Origin: an uncultured Janthinobacterium sp.
GTDB taxonomy: Bacteria > Vulcanimicrobiota > Vulcanimicrobiia > Vulcanimicrobiales > Vulcanimicrobiaceae
DNA length: 11,204 nucleotides
Reading direction: 5' to 3'
NCBI GenBank assembly: GCA_964658025.1
Contig: CAZZXB010000100.1
Coordinates: 1-11,204 of the forward strand
The notes beneath the pieces are model-generated. The model did no database searches and had not been told where the DNA came from. It saw only the letters and a list, made by a program, of their open reading frames with translations. This document shows, piece after piece, positions 1 to 7,551 of this stretch. Within the stretch, counting starts at the first letter, position 1; every line of letters begins with the position of its first letter. A program made the position numbers and the translations under genes.

Positions 1-1685
1 TCAAGGAGCTCATCAAGATGGGCACCATGGCGACGATCAATCAGAACATCCCGGCGCAGACCGCGCAGAACGTCGCGAAGAAGTTCGGCTTCAACGCGGT
101 CATCAAAGAAGCGGGCGAAGAAGTCGTCGTCGAGCAGGAAGAAGATCGGCCCGAGCTCCTCTCGTCGCGACCGCCGGTCGTCACGGTCCTCGGTCACGTC
201 GACCACGGGAAGACGTCGTTGCTCGACAAGATCCGTTTCGCGAACGTCGCGGCCGGCGAGGCGGGCGGCATCACGCAGCGCATCGGCGCGTACACGGTCG
301 AGAAAAACGATCAGAAGGTCACGTTCATCGATACGCCCGGTCACGAAGCGTTCACCGCGATGCGCGCGCGCGGCGCGAAGGTGACGGACGTCGCGATCCT
401 CGTCGTCGCGGCCGACGACGGCGTCATGCCGCAAACGCTCGAGGCGATCTCGCACATCAAGGCGGCGGGCGTGCCGATCGTCGTCGCGATCAATAAGATG
501 GATCGCGAAGACGCGCAGGCCGATCGCGTGAAATCGCAACTCGCCGAGCAAGGGCTCCAACCCGTCGAATGGGGCGGCAAGACCGAAATGGTCCCCGTCT
601 CCGCACGCACGGGCGACGGCATCGACAAGCTCCTCGAGACGGTCTTACTCGAGGCCGAGCTCAAGGATCTCAAGGCGAACAAGACGCGTCGCGCGACGGG
701 CGTCGTCATCGAATCCGCGCTCGACAAGGGTCGCGGCGCGGTCGCGACCGTGCTCGTGCAGAACGGCACGCTCCGCACGGGCGACGTCGTCGTCGTCGGC
801 TCGGCGTTCGGCAAGATCCGCGCGCTCGTCGACGACAAGGGCAAACAAGTGAAGAAGGCCGGGCCCTCGATCCCGGTCGAGATCATGGGTCTCTCCGAAG
901 TCCCCAACGCCGGCGACACGCTCATGGTCGTTTCGGACGAACGCGTCGCGCGCGAAGCGGCGGCGAAACGTTCGACGCGTCGCAAGGACGTCGCGATCGC
1001 GGCGACGTCGGGTCCGCGCGTCTCGCTCGAGAGCTTCATGGCGACGCGCGCCGACGGCGGCAACAAAACGCTCAACCTGATCCTGAAAGCCGACGGTCAA
1101 GGCGCGGTCGAAGCGCTCCGCGGCCGCGTGGAATCGCTCTCGAACGCGGAAGTCGACATCCGCGTGATCCTCGCCGGCGTCGGTGCGATCACGCCGAACG
1201 ACGTCAACCTCGCGAGCGCCTCGAACGCCGTGCTCATCGGGTTCAACATCCGACCCGACGAGACGGTAAAGCGGCTCTCGGAAAACGAGCAGGTCGACAT
1301 CCGCTTCTATCAGGTCATCTACGACGTGGAGAACGACCTCAAGAAGGCGATGGTCGGTATGCTCGCGCCGAAGTACCGCGAGGTCATCCTCGGCCGTGCG
1401 GAAGTGCGCGAGGTGTTCAAGGTCTCGAAGGTCGGCACGATCGCGGGTTGCTACGTGCAGAACGGCAAGCTCACGCGCAACGCGAAGGTCCGCATCCTGC
1501 GCGACTCGGCGGTCATCTTCGAGTCGGAACTCGAGTCGCTGCGGCGCTTCAAGGACGACGTCAAGGAAGTCGCCGAGAACTACGAGTGCGGCGTGCAGAT
1601 CGCGAAGTTCTCCGATCTCAAGGCGGGCGACGTGATCGAGGCGTTCGCATCGGAACTCGTCGCGCCGGAACCGGTTCCGGCGTAG
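1..1685 (+). CDS. infB: Translation initiation factor IF-2, 5'-truncated (frame open from the window edge: ...[14 protein letters not shown])
   Basis: G-domain motifs [30 protein letters not shown] and NKMD; C-terminal [12 protein letters not shown]...ECG. The ATG at 18 is internal, matching the IF2 N-domain pattern xKxLxxxGxMATINQ. Confidence 0.99.
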   Translation, partial: KELIKMGTMATINQNIPAQTAQNVAKKFGFNAVIKEAGEEVVVEQEEDRPELLSSRPPVVTVLGHVDHGKTSLLDKIRFANVAAGEAGGITQRIGAYTVEKNDQKVTFIDTPGHEAFTAMRARGAKVTDVAILVVAADDGVMPQTLEAISHIKAAGVPIVVAINKMDREDAQADRVKSQLAEQGLQPVEWGGKTEMVPVSARTGDGIDKLLETVLLEAELKDLKANKTRRATGVVIESALDKGRGAVATVLVQNGTLRTGDVVVVGSAFGKIRALVDDKGKQVKKAGPSIPVEIMGLSEVPNAGDTLMVVSDERVAREAAAKRSTRRKDVAIAATSGPRVSLESFMATRADGGNKTLNLILKADGQGAVEALRGRVESLSNAEVDIRVILAGVGAITPNDVNLASASNAVLIGFNIRPDETVKRLSENEQVDIRFYQVIYDVENDLKKAMVGMLAPKYREVILGRAEVREVFKVSKVGTIAGCYVQNGKLTRNAKVRILRDSAVIFESELESLRRFKDDVKEVAENYECGVQIAKFSDLKAGDVIEAFASELVAPEPVPA

Positions 1686-1767
1686 AATGACGGCGGCGTC
1701 GGGCTTCTCTGCGGAGTCCGGGGCCGGGGTGCGTCGTTCGGTCGGGGCGGTTGCGGAATCGGTGCCG

Positions 1768-1914
1768 GCCGGGGCGCGGCGACCGTTTCGCCGGGAACCG
1801 GTCGTCGATCTCCCATCCGGGGAAATCGACGACCTGCGCGGACTCCTCGCTCCCGCGCTTCCGGCGCTCCGCTCGTCGCCGAGCTTCCCGTCGAAACGGT
1901 CGCCGCGCCCCGGC
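1768..1914. repeat. Structured inverted-repeat element (REP/MITE-like or ncRNA): 30-bp terminal arms enclosing three internal hairpins
   Basis: 1768-1790 GCCGGGGCGCGGCGACCGTTTCG is the exact reverse complement of 1892-1914, and the arms extend to 1768-1797/1885-1914 with one mismatch (1791/1891). Internal stems: 1800-1814/1820-1834 (14 of 15 bp), 1836-1841/1853-1858 and 1862-1866/1877-1881. Confidence 0.85.
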
Positions 1915-1937
1915 TCGCGGAGCGTCGTCGGGCTACG

Positions 1938-2123
1938 GTGACGTCGATAAAGTTGACTCGTGTCGACGTCGCGATTGCGATGGGTTTTTGGAGCGTGGCC
2001 GCGGCGGCTCTGTATTGCGGCATCCGCAGTGAAGTTTTCAATCCGTGGATCTACGTGTCGTGGATTTTGTCGGTGGGTTCGAGTCTCGTTCTGGTCCGTC
2101 GCAGCGGGAAGGCCACGCGTTGA
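1938..2123 (+). CDS. Small hypothetical membrane protein (61 aa, two hydrophobic segments)
   Basis: GTG start; hydrophobic stretches VAIAMGFWSVAAAALYCGI and WIYVSWILSVGSSLVLV followed by a basic tail RRSGKATR; the stop overlaps the next TTG (TTGA). Confidence 0.5.
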   Translation: MTSIKLTRVDVAIAMGFWSVAAAALYCGIRSEVFNPWIYVSWILSVGSSLVLVRRSGKATR

Positions 2124-2488
2124 GTCGGCCGACGACGCGGTCGCAGCGGGAGCGGGCGGCGATTCGGAGTGCTCGGGCGGCGGAACGGCGGACGCGGCGT
2201 GCTGCGGAGAATCCGGCGTCGGCGCGTTCGGCGGAACCGGCGAGGACGCCGTCGCGTCCCGCGGGCGAGGCGATGGTGCGGAGTCGGTGGTTTCGGATCG
2301 TGCTCGGGTTCGGGGCGTTCGTGACGATCGTCTTGCTCGGGCGCGAGGTCTCGGACTACGTGAACGATTTCAAGCATCCGGTGCTACGCGCGAACGATCT
2401 CTACAGCGCGCTCGGTTCCGTCGCGATGCTCGTCATCATCGGCTTCGCATATCTCGCGTCGATCAAGCGAGCGAACGCGAATGGCTGA
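2120..2488 (+). CDS. Small hypothetical membrane protein (start TTG 2120 or ATG 2273), two predicted TM helices
   Basis: Hydrophobic segments WFRIVLGFGAFVTIVLLG and LYSALGSVAMLVIIGFAYLASI. TTG 2120 overlaps the upstream stop; the alternative ATG 2273 is preceded by GAGG. Confidence 0.55.
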   Translation: MSRPTTRSQRERAAIRSARAAERRTRRAAENPASARSAEPARTPSRPAGEAMVRSRWFRIVLGFGAFVTIVLLGREVSDYVNDFKHPVLRANDLYSALGSVAMLVIIGFAYLASIKRANANG

Positions 2489-2688
2489 GGCGTTACGACC
2501 TCCCCGTGACCGCCGGCCTTCGGGTAGCGAGCCCGAGACGACGATCGCGCTCGAATCGGACACGATCGTCGCATATGCCGGGCGAGCGATCGGCGGAAGT
2601 GCGCGCCACGAGGTTTCCACGCTCCCGAGCGTTGCTGCGGGAGAAGCGAACGATGCGTAACGCGTTGGAGGTGAGGTCGAGTGGCTAG
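2481..2688 (+). pseudogene. Possible degenerate paralog of the 'xxALQPPLA' small-protein family (59-aa ORF 2481-2660, possibly frameshifted)
   Basis: ATG at 2481 overlaps the upstream stop (ATGGCTGA). N-terminus MAEALRPP resembles VARALQPP (2681) and MSKAIQPP (3609). A frame change after PP gives LRVAS, against LRFGS in the 2681 copy, and that frame stops at 2688 overlapping the next GTG. Confidence 0.3.
2667..2674 (+). promoter_or_regulatory. Strong Shine-Dalgarno GGAGGTGA for GTG 2681
   Basis: Extended anti-SD match 6 nt upstream of the GTG at 2681. Confidence 0.7.
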
Positions 2689-2995
2689 AGCGCTACAACC
2701 GCCGCTCGCATAGATCGTCCTCCGTTTCGGGAGTCTCCTCGCACGTCGATTCACCACGTCGGACGATCGTGCGAGAGTCCATCGCGTGTTCGCGTTAACG
2801 GGTCGGGCGAACGTGTTCGTCGGCGCCGCGTGGATCGCGTTAGCGTTCGATCGGATGCACCGCGATCGCGTTTACTGGTTTTGGCTCGGCTTCGGTATAC
2901 TATGGCTCGCGATCGGCGTCGGTCAATGCAACTTCGGTCGGATAAAAAACGCGATCGACCACAAGCGCGTGAGGGGGTCGTCGACCACGCGGTGA
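2681..2995 (+). pseudogene. Small membrane protein gene interrupted by an in-frame TAG at codon 11 (2711-2713)
   Basis: The strong SD plus GTG gives VARALQPPLA*IVLRFGSLLARRFTTSDDRARVHRVFALTG..., in frame with ORF 2786-2995 (two hydrophobic segments). The paralog at 3609 has TCG (Ser) at the position of the TAG. Confidence 0.65.
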
Positions 2996-3049
2996 CGGCG
3001 CGGCCGTAACCCGCTCGACGCGCTCGTACGCGGTCGAAACGTCGAAGGA

Positions 3050-3346
3050 TCAGGCCTCGGCGCGTTCGACGGCGAGCGAAATCGCGTCACGCTTACGGCC
3101 GCGCATCTTCGCCTTCTCGGTTTCGGCCGCGCGATCGCGGACCGGCGCGCGCGTTTGGAGCGAAGCCAGGAGGTCCGATGAAGCGGCGGCGATCGCGTCG
3201 ACGGCGGTCGCGAAGGCCGGCTCGTTGGCTTTCGACGGCACGGCCGAGCCGCTAATCTTGCGGACGAATTGTAACGCCGCGGCGCGCACGTCGTCGGGCG
3301 TGCTCGGCGGTTCGAAGTTGAACAGCGGTCGGATGTTACGGCACAT
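3050..3346 (-). CDS. DUF2277-family small protein (98 aa)
   Basis: MCRNIRPLFNFEPPSTPDDVRAAALQFVRKISG...SKANEPAF matches the characteristic DUF2277 N-terminus (MCRNI.xL.NFEPPAT.xE..AAALQ[FY]VRK.SG). The true start is the ATG at 3346, not 3622. Confidence 0.9.
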   Translation of the reverse strand: MCRNIRPLFNFEPPSTPDDVRAAALQFVRKISGSAVPSKANEPAFATAVDAIAAASSDLLASLQTRAPVRDRAAETEKAKMRGRKRDAISLAVERAEA

Positions 3347-3351
3347 CGCGA

Positions 3352-3357
3352 ACCCTA
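3352..3357 (-). promoter_or_regulatory. Putative -10 box (TAGGGT) for a leaderless DUF2277 transcript
   Basis: The minus strand reads TAGGGT-tcgcg-ATG: a TANNNT hexamer 5 nt before the start codon, with no strong SD. Confidence 0.5.
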
Positions 3358-3608
3358 CGCTTCCACGCATTCGAGAACCTCGGGTCACCGCAACGTAGGC
3401 GCGCGAACGGTGCGGGCATCCGTGGTACGTGCCGGCATGCGTAAGGCGAGGGAACGAACCACCTTTTAATCGCCCGTCCGCCCGTAATGGATCGAGCGGT
3501 AGTCGACGTATCGACGCCGAACTCTCGCGTCGCACGGGTTTGGGTCTCCGTATACGCACCGCACGCATGTAATGGTTGTCGTCGAACGCTTTTCGAGGTA
3601 CTTGGGGC

Positions 3609-3893
3609 ATGTCGAAAGCCATTCAACCACCACTCGCTTCGCTGGTCCGAAGCGTCGCGGGATCCATCGGTCGCCCGTCGGACGAACTTGCGACGGCGCG
3701 TCGTGCGACGCGCGAGCTCGGGACCTTCTTGGTCGTCGAAACGGTCCTTGCGATCGTGTCGTTCGCATTGGGGATCGGTAAGTGGTGGTCGACTCTCGGC
3801 GCGCCGCTTCTGTTGGGTGCGCTGTTCTGGCGAAGTCGTCAACGCTATCGGGTCGCACTGCGGCGTGCGGAGACCGCGCGATCTCGATCGTGA
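3609..3893 (+). CDS. Small hypothetical membrane protein (94 aa), intact paralog of the 2681 gene
   Basis: ATG preceded by GAGGT; N-terminus MSKAIQPPLASLV...SDELATARR; hydrophobic FLVVETVLAIVSFALGIG and WWSTLGAPLLLGALFW; basic C-terminus. Confidence 0.65.
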   Translation: MSKAIQPPLASLVRSVAGSIGRPSDELATARRATRELGTFLVVETVLAIVSFALGIGKWWSTLGAPLLLGALFWRSRQRYRVALRRAETARSRS

Positions 3894-4068
3894 CGATGTC
3901 GGATTCGGTCGGCATCTCGACGGCGGTGTCGCACTCGAGGCGCGCATGTCGGGCTTCGGATACGCGACCGTTCCGATGAGGAATCCGTATTGGGCGCGGC
4001 GCGACGCGCTCGCGTTCGAGGATCCCGATGGGTGGCGCGTCGTGTTCTGTCCCGGAGACGGCTCGTGA
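3892..4068 (+). pseudogene. C-terminal remnant of a YycE-like VOC/glyoxalase-family gene
   Basis: ARMSGFGYATVPMRNPYWARRDALAFEDPDGWRVVF matches the YycE-type C-terminal signature (RM..xGY..V...NPYW...xxFEDPDG[WY]R[VI]V). No recognisable N-terminal half is present in frame. The left boundary is approximate. Confidence 0.7.
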
Positions 4069-4343
4069 ATCGACGATGGATGTTCGCTTCGGCCGATCGC
4101 GAGACCGACGAGCGGGTCGTCGCGCTCCGTTGGGCTTGGGGTCACGCGCTCTTGTGCGTCGCGTCCGTCTGGATGGCCGTCGTACGGGCGAAGGGCGGTC
4201 TCGGATATTGGTGGGTCGACGTCCTCGCGGCGCTCGGGTTCGCGCGGCTCGCCTACGCGCGCTACGCGGACTATCGCCGACTCTCGCGCCTGCCGCCGGC
4301 GCGGTTCGACGCAGAGTCCGAAGTGCCGGAGTCGCCCGGCTAA
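4065..4343 (+). CDS. Small hypothetical membrane protein (92 aa)
   Basis: GTG overlaps the upstream TGA (GTGA), with GGAG at 4054-4057; hydrophobic WAWGHALLCVASVWMAVV and LGYWWVDVLAALGFARLAY. Confidence 0.55.
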   Translation: MNRRWMFASADRETDERVVALRWAWGHALLCVASVWMAVVRAKGGLGYWWVDVLAALGFARLAYARYADYRRLSRLPPARFDAESEVPESPG

Positions 4344-4401
4344 GCAAGCGAGCCGCCCGACCCGTCGTGGAAACCACGGACCCGGCGTCGAAGGAGGCGG
4401 G

Positions 4402-4767
4402 ATGAAACGGGAACGGATGGGGCGGATCGATCACGAGCTGCAACGCGAGCTCGCGACGTTGATCGCGACCGAGCTCAAGGACCCGCGGCTCGGATTCGTG
4501 ACCGTCACGCGGGTGGAGATCACGAACGATCTCCATTCGGCGAAGGTCTACGTCTCGATCATAGGCGACCGGCACGTCGCGAAGCAAAGTATGATCGCGC
4601 TCGAGTCCGCGAAGGGGTTTCTGCGCGGGGCGCTCGGCGGGGCCGTCGTGTTACGGCATACGCCCGAGCTCGTGTTCGTGGAAGACCGATCGACCGAGAA
4701 GGCGATCGCACTCAGTCAGATGCTCGCGAAAAGCGGCGCGAAGGGATTGACCGATGATTCAAAGTGA
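4402..4767 (+). CDS. rbfA: 30S ribosome-binding factor A
   Basis: KDPRLGFVTVTRVEITNDLHSAKVYVS...GFLR...LRHTPELVF; SD AAGGAGG at 4391-4397; expected position downstream of infB. Confidence 0.98.
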   Translation: MKRERMGRIDHELQRELATLIATELKDPRLGFVTVTRVEITNDLHSAKVYVSIIGDRHVAKQSMIALESAKGFLRGALGGAVVLRHTPELVFVEDRSTEKAIALSQMLAKSGAKGLTDDSK

Positions 4768-5737
4768 CGTTCGCCGCGAGGCGACGACGGCCGAAGTCGT
4801 TGCGGAGTTGCGCAAGCGCTCGCACTTCGTGTTCGCGAGTCACGTGAAGCCCGACGGCGACACGCTCGGCGCCGGGCTCGCGCTCGGACTCGCGTTACGC
4901 GCCGAGGGGAAGCACGTCGCGTATTTCCAGCAAGATCCGGTTCCGCGTAATCTCCGCTTCCTGCCCGACGCCGATCGCGTGTCGCGCACCGTTCCGGCCG
5001 ACTTTCCGGCCGATACGCTCTGGGTGTTCTGCGACATGAGCGACACGTCGCGCGCGGGGGAATTCTTGCCCGAGATCGCGCGCGAGAACGTGCTCGACAT
5101 CGATCACCATCTCGCGAACACGCGCTTCGGCGCGCTCAACTACGTGCTCGAAAAAGAGTGCTCGACCGGAACGTGCGTCCTGAAGTTACTCGACGAGATG
5201 AAGGCGACGATCACGCCCGAGATCGCGACGAATCTGCTCACGACGATCATGACCGATACCGGCGGCTTCATGCACTCCAACACGACGGCCGAGGTGTTGC
5301 GCGTCTCCGCGCGTCTCGTCGATCTCGGCGCGAACCAGGAACAGATCACGGAAGAGATCTTCGCGAACAAACGCTTCGCCGCGATCGGATTGCTCGGCGA
5401 AGCGCTCGCGACCGCGCGGCTCGAAGAGAACGGTCGGTTCTGCTGGTCGCTCGTCGACGACGCGATGCTCGCCCGCCACGGCGCGGATGGCGAGGATACG
5501 GAAGAGATCGTGCAACATCTCCGCTCGGTCGAGGGCGTCGACGTCGCGGCGTTGTTCAAAGCCTACGACGGCGACGTGCGCGCGAGCTTACGGAGTAACG
5601 GTCGCGTGAACGTGCAATCGGCGGCGGGTCGACTCGGTGGCGGCGGACATTTTCGCGCTTCGGGATTCACGTTCGACGGGCCGATCGACGCCGCGATCGC
5701 GGCCGCGCGCGAAGCGCTTCTCGCAGAGGGTCTGTAG
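4754..5737 (+). CDS. nrnA: DHH/DHHA1 phosphoesterase (NrnA-like oligoribonuclease / pAp phosphatase)
   Basis: Motifs HxxPDGD, IDHH, TDTGGF, SLRS and GGGGHxxASG; usual position between rbfA and truB. Confidence 0.92.
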   Translation: MIQSDVRREATTAEVVAELRKRSHFVFASHVKPDGDTLGAGLALGLALRAEGKHVAYFQQDPVPRNLRFLPDADRVSRTVPADFPADTLWVFCDMSDTSRAGEFLPEIARENVLDIDHHLANTRFGALNYVLEKECSTGTCVLKLLDEMKATITPEIATNLLTTIMTDTGGFMHSNTTAEVLRVSARLVDLGANQEQITEEIFANKRFAAIGLLGEALATARLEENGRFCWSLVDDAMLARHGADGEDTEEIVQHLRSVEGVDVAALFKAYDGDVRASLRSNGRVNVQSAAGRLGGGGHFRASGFTFDGPIDAAIAAAREALLAEGL

Positions 5738-5749
5738 CGCGCCGACCCG

Positions 5750-6619
5750 ATGCTCGGTTTCGTCAACGTCTTCAAACCCGCGGGTCCGACGTCGACGCAG
5801 GTCGGCGCCCGCGTGCGCAAGATCTATTCGCGTCTGGGCGATCGTAAGCTCCCCGTCGGCCATCTCGGAACGCTCGATCCGATGGCGGCGGGCGTGCTTC
5901 CGCTCGCGCTCGGGAAGGCGACGCGGCTCATCCCGTTGATGGAAGATCGGCGCAAGTCGTACGTCTTCACGCTCGTGCTCGGACGCGCGACGGCATCGGG
6001 CGACGCGCTCGGCGAGACGATCCGGACGTCGCCCGTCCCGCACGACGCGCGGGCGTTACTCGAAGCGACGCTCGACCGTTTCGTCGGCCCGATCGATCAG
6101 ATTCCGCCGATGACGAGCGCGCTCCACCACAACGGCGAGCGGCTCTACGAAATCGCGCGGCGCGGCGAGACGGTCGAGCGCGCGCCGCGACGGATCACGA
6201 TCTTCGGCCTGCGCGTGCTCGGGTACGAGCCCGGGATCGCGCGGATCGCCGTCGCGTGTTCGGAAGGCACGTACGTCCGCACGCTCGCCGAAGACCTCGG
6301 CACGGCGATCGGCTGCGCGGCGCACATGGGCGCGCTCTTGCGCGACGCGTCGGGCGCGTTCGTACTCTACGAGTCGCGGACGCTCGACGAAATCGAGGCC
6401 GACCCCGCGTCCGCGCTCGTGGCGCCGGAACGGGTGATCCCGTTTCCGACGGTCGTGCTCGACGGCCGCGGATCGACCGATTTTCGCGCGGGGCGACTCG
6501 TCGCGATGCCCGCCGGATCGGCTTCGAAACACGTCTTCGTCCGCGACGCCTCGCGGACGCTCGTCGGCGTCGGGGAAGCCGTCGGCGCGCTCCTCGCGCC
6601 GCGCAAAGTGTTCGTGTGA
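5750..6619 (+). CDS. truB: tRNA pseudouridine(55) synthase
   Basis: KPAGPTS, catalytic GHLGTLDPMAAGVL, KSY, QIPP...LYEIARRG and CSEGTYVRTL. Confidence 0.97.
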   Translation: MLGFVNVFKPAGPTSTQVGARVRKIYSRLGDRKLPVGHLGTLDPMAAGVLPLALGKATRLIPLMEDRRKSYVFTLVLGRATASGDALGETIRTSPVPHDARALLEATLDRFVGPIDQIPPMTSALHHNGERLYEIARRGETVERAPRRITIFGLRVLGYEPGIARIAVACSEGTYVRTLAEDLGTAIGCAAHMGALLRDASGAFVLYESRTLDEIEADPASALVAPERVIPFPTVVLDGRGSTDFRAGRLVAMPAGSASKHVFVRDASRTLVGVGEAVGALLAPRKVFV

Positions 6620-7542
6620 AGATCCATCACGAGATCGAAGCGCCCGCGACGACGCGCCCGCTCGTCCTCGCGATCGGGTTTTTCGACGGCCTGCATCGCG
6701 GCCATCGCGAGATCGTGCGCGCGCTCTTGCGGCGTCGACGTCCCGGGTACCGCGCGGCGGTCCTCACGTTCCGCAATCATCCGGCGACGTTCTTGCGACC
6801 CGATCGCGTCCCGCCCGCGATCACGACGCTCGAAGAGCGCGTCGATCTGCTCGCCTCGACCGGGATCGACGAACTCTTCCTCGTTCCCTTCGACGAGCGC
6901 ATCGCGCGCACGGACGCGCGCGCGTTTTGCGTCGATGCGTTGCACGGCACGCTCGGCGTGCGCGGGCTCGTGGTCGGCGAGAATTTTCGTTTCGGGCGCG
7001 AACGCGCGGGCGACGCGACGCTCGCGCGCGAGACGCTCGAGCCGCACGGCGTCGAGGTGATCTCGGTTCCGCCGCTGACCGACGGCGACGAGCGGATCTC
7101 GAGCACGCGGATCCGCGCGGCGCTCTTACGCGGCGACATGGAGACGGCGAATCGACTGCTCGGCGAATCGTACGTGCTCCGCGGGCGCGTGGAACTCGGC
7201 TTCGGGCGGGGACACGATCTCGGATTTCCGACGGCGAACCTCGCGATCCCGAGCGCGAAGACGTTGCCCGGCGACGGCGTGTATTCGGCGGTCGCGCGCT
7301 ACGACGGCGAAGATTATGCGTGTCTCGTCTCGATCGGTTCGAATCCGACCTTCGCCGGAACCAGGCGCACCGTCGAGGCGTGGTTGCTCGACTTTCATCG
7401 AACCGTGTACGGCGAGGAGCTCGCGATCCGCGATCTCCGCTTCGTCCGCGAACAACGCGCGTTTGCCGACGTCGACGGTCTGCTCGCCCAGATGCGAGAC
7501 GATGCGACGCACGCGCGCTTTCCGTCGTTCAGTACGTCGTAG
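6616..7542 (+). CDS. ribF: Bifunctional riboflavin kinase / FMN adenylyltransferase (308 aa, GTG start)
   Basis: GFFDGLHRGH, GENFRFG, ISSTRIR, LGFPTAN, GSNPTF and REQRAF. GTG 6616 overlaps the truB stop (GTGA), so the ORF-track extension to 6256 is spurious. Confidence 0.97.
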   Translation: MKIHHEIEAPATTRPLVLAIGFFDGLHRGHREIVRALLRRRRPGYRAAVLTFRNHPATFLRPDRVPPAITTLEERVDLLASTGIDELFLVPFDERIARTDARAFCVDALHGTLGVRGLVVGENFRFGRERAGDATLARETLEPHGVEVISVPPLTDGDERISSTRIRAALLRGDMETANRLLGESYVLRGRVELGFGRGHDLGFPTANLAIPSAKTLPGDGVYSAVARYDGEDYACLVSIGSNPTFAGTRRTVEAWLLDFHRTVYGEELAIRDLRFVREQRAFADVDGLLAQMRDDATHARFPSFSTS

Positions 7543-7551
7543 GAGGTCCGC

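Noticed and set aside
1768..1914. tRNA, CRISPR repeat or rho-independent terminator interpretation of the cloverleaf
   Set aside because: There is no T-loop/D-loop consensus or CCA end, no repeat-spacer periodicity and no U-tract after the stem.
1687..1941. 84-aa ORF starting 1 nt after the infB stop and overlapping the next GTG
   Set aside because: It runs through the inverted-repeat element and has low-complexity, non-protein-like composition. It is not called as a gene, although a translational-coupling role cannot be excluded.
3487..4068. 193-aa ORF as a full-length VOC protein
   Set aside because: Only the last ~50 codons resemble YycE. The rest overlaps the better-supported 3609-3893 gene in another frame.
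6256..6615. N-terminal extension of RibF
   Set aside because: It is an Arg-rich off-frame reading of truB; the GTG at 6616 is coupled to the truB stop.
18..7542. Motif deviations in core genes (IF2 GGITQRIGA for QHIGA, TruB FKP/TSTQ, RibF EAW for EAH)
   Set aside because: Catalytic residues are intact and the changes are compatible with ordinary lineage divergence.
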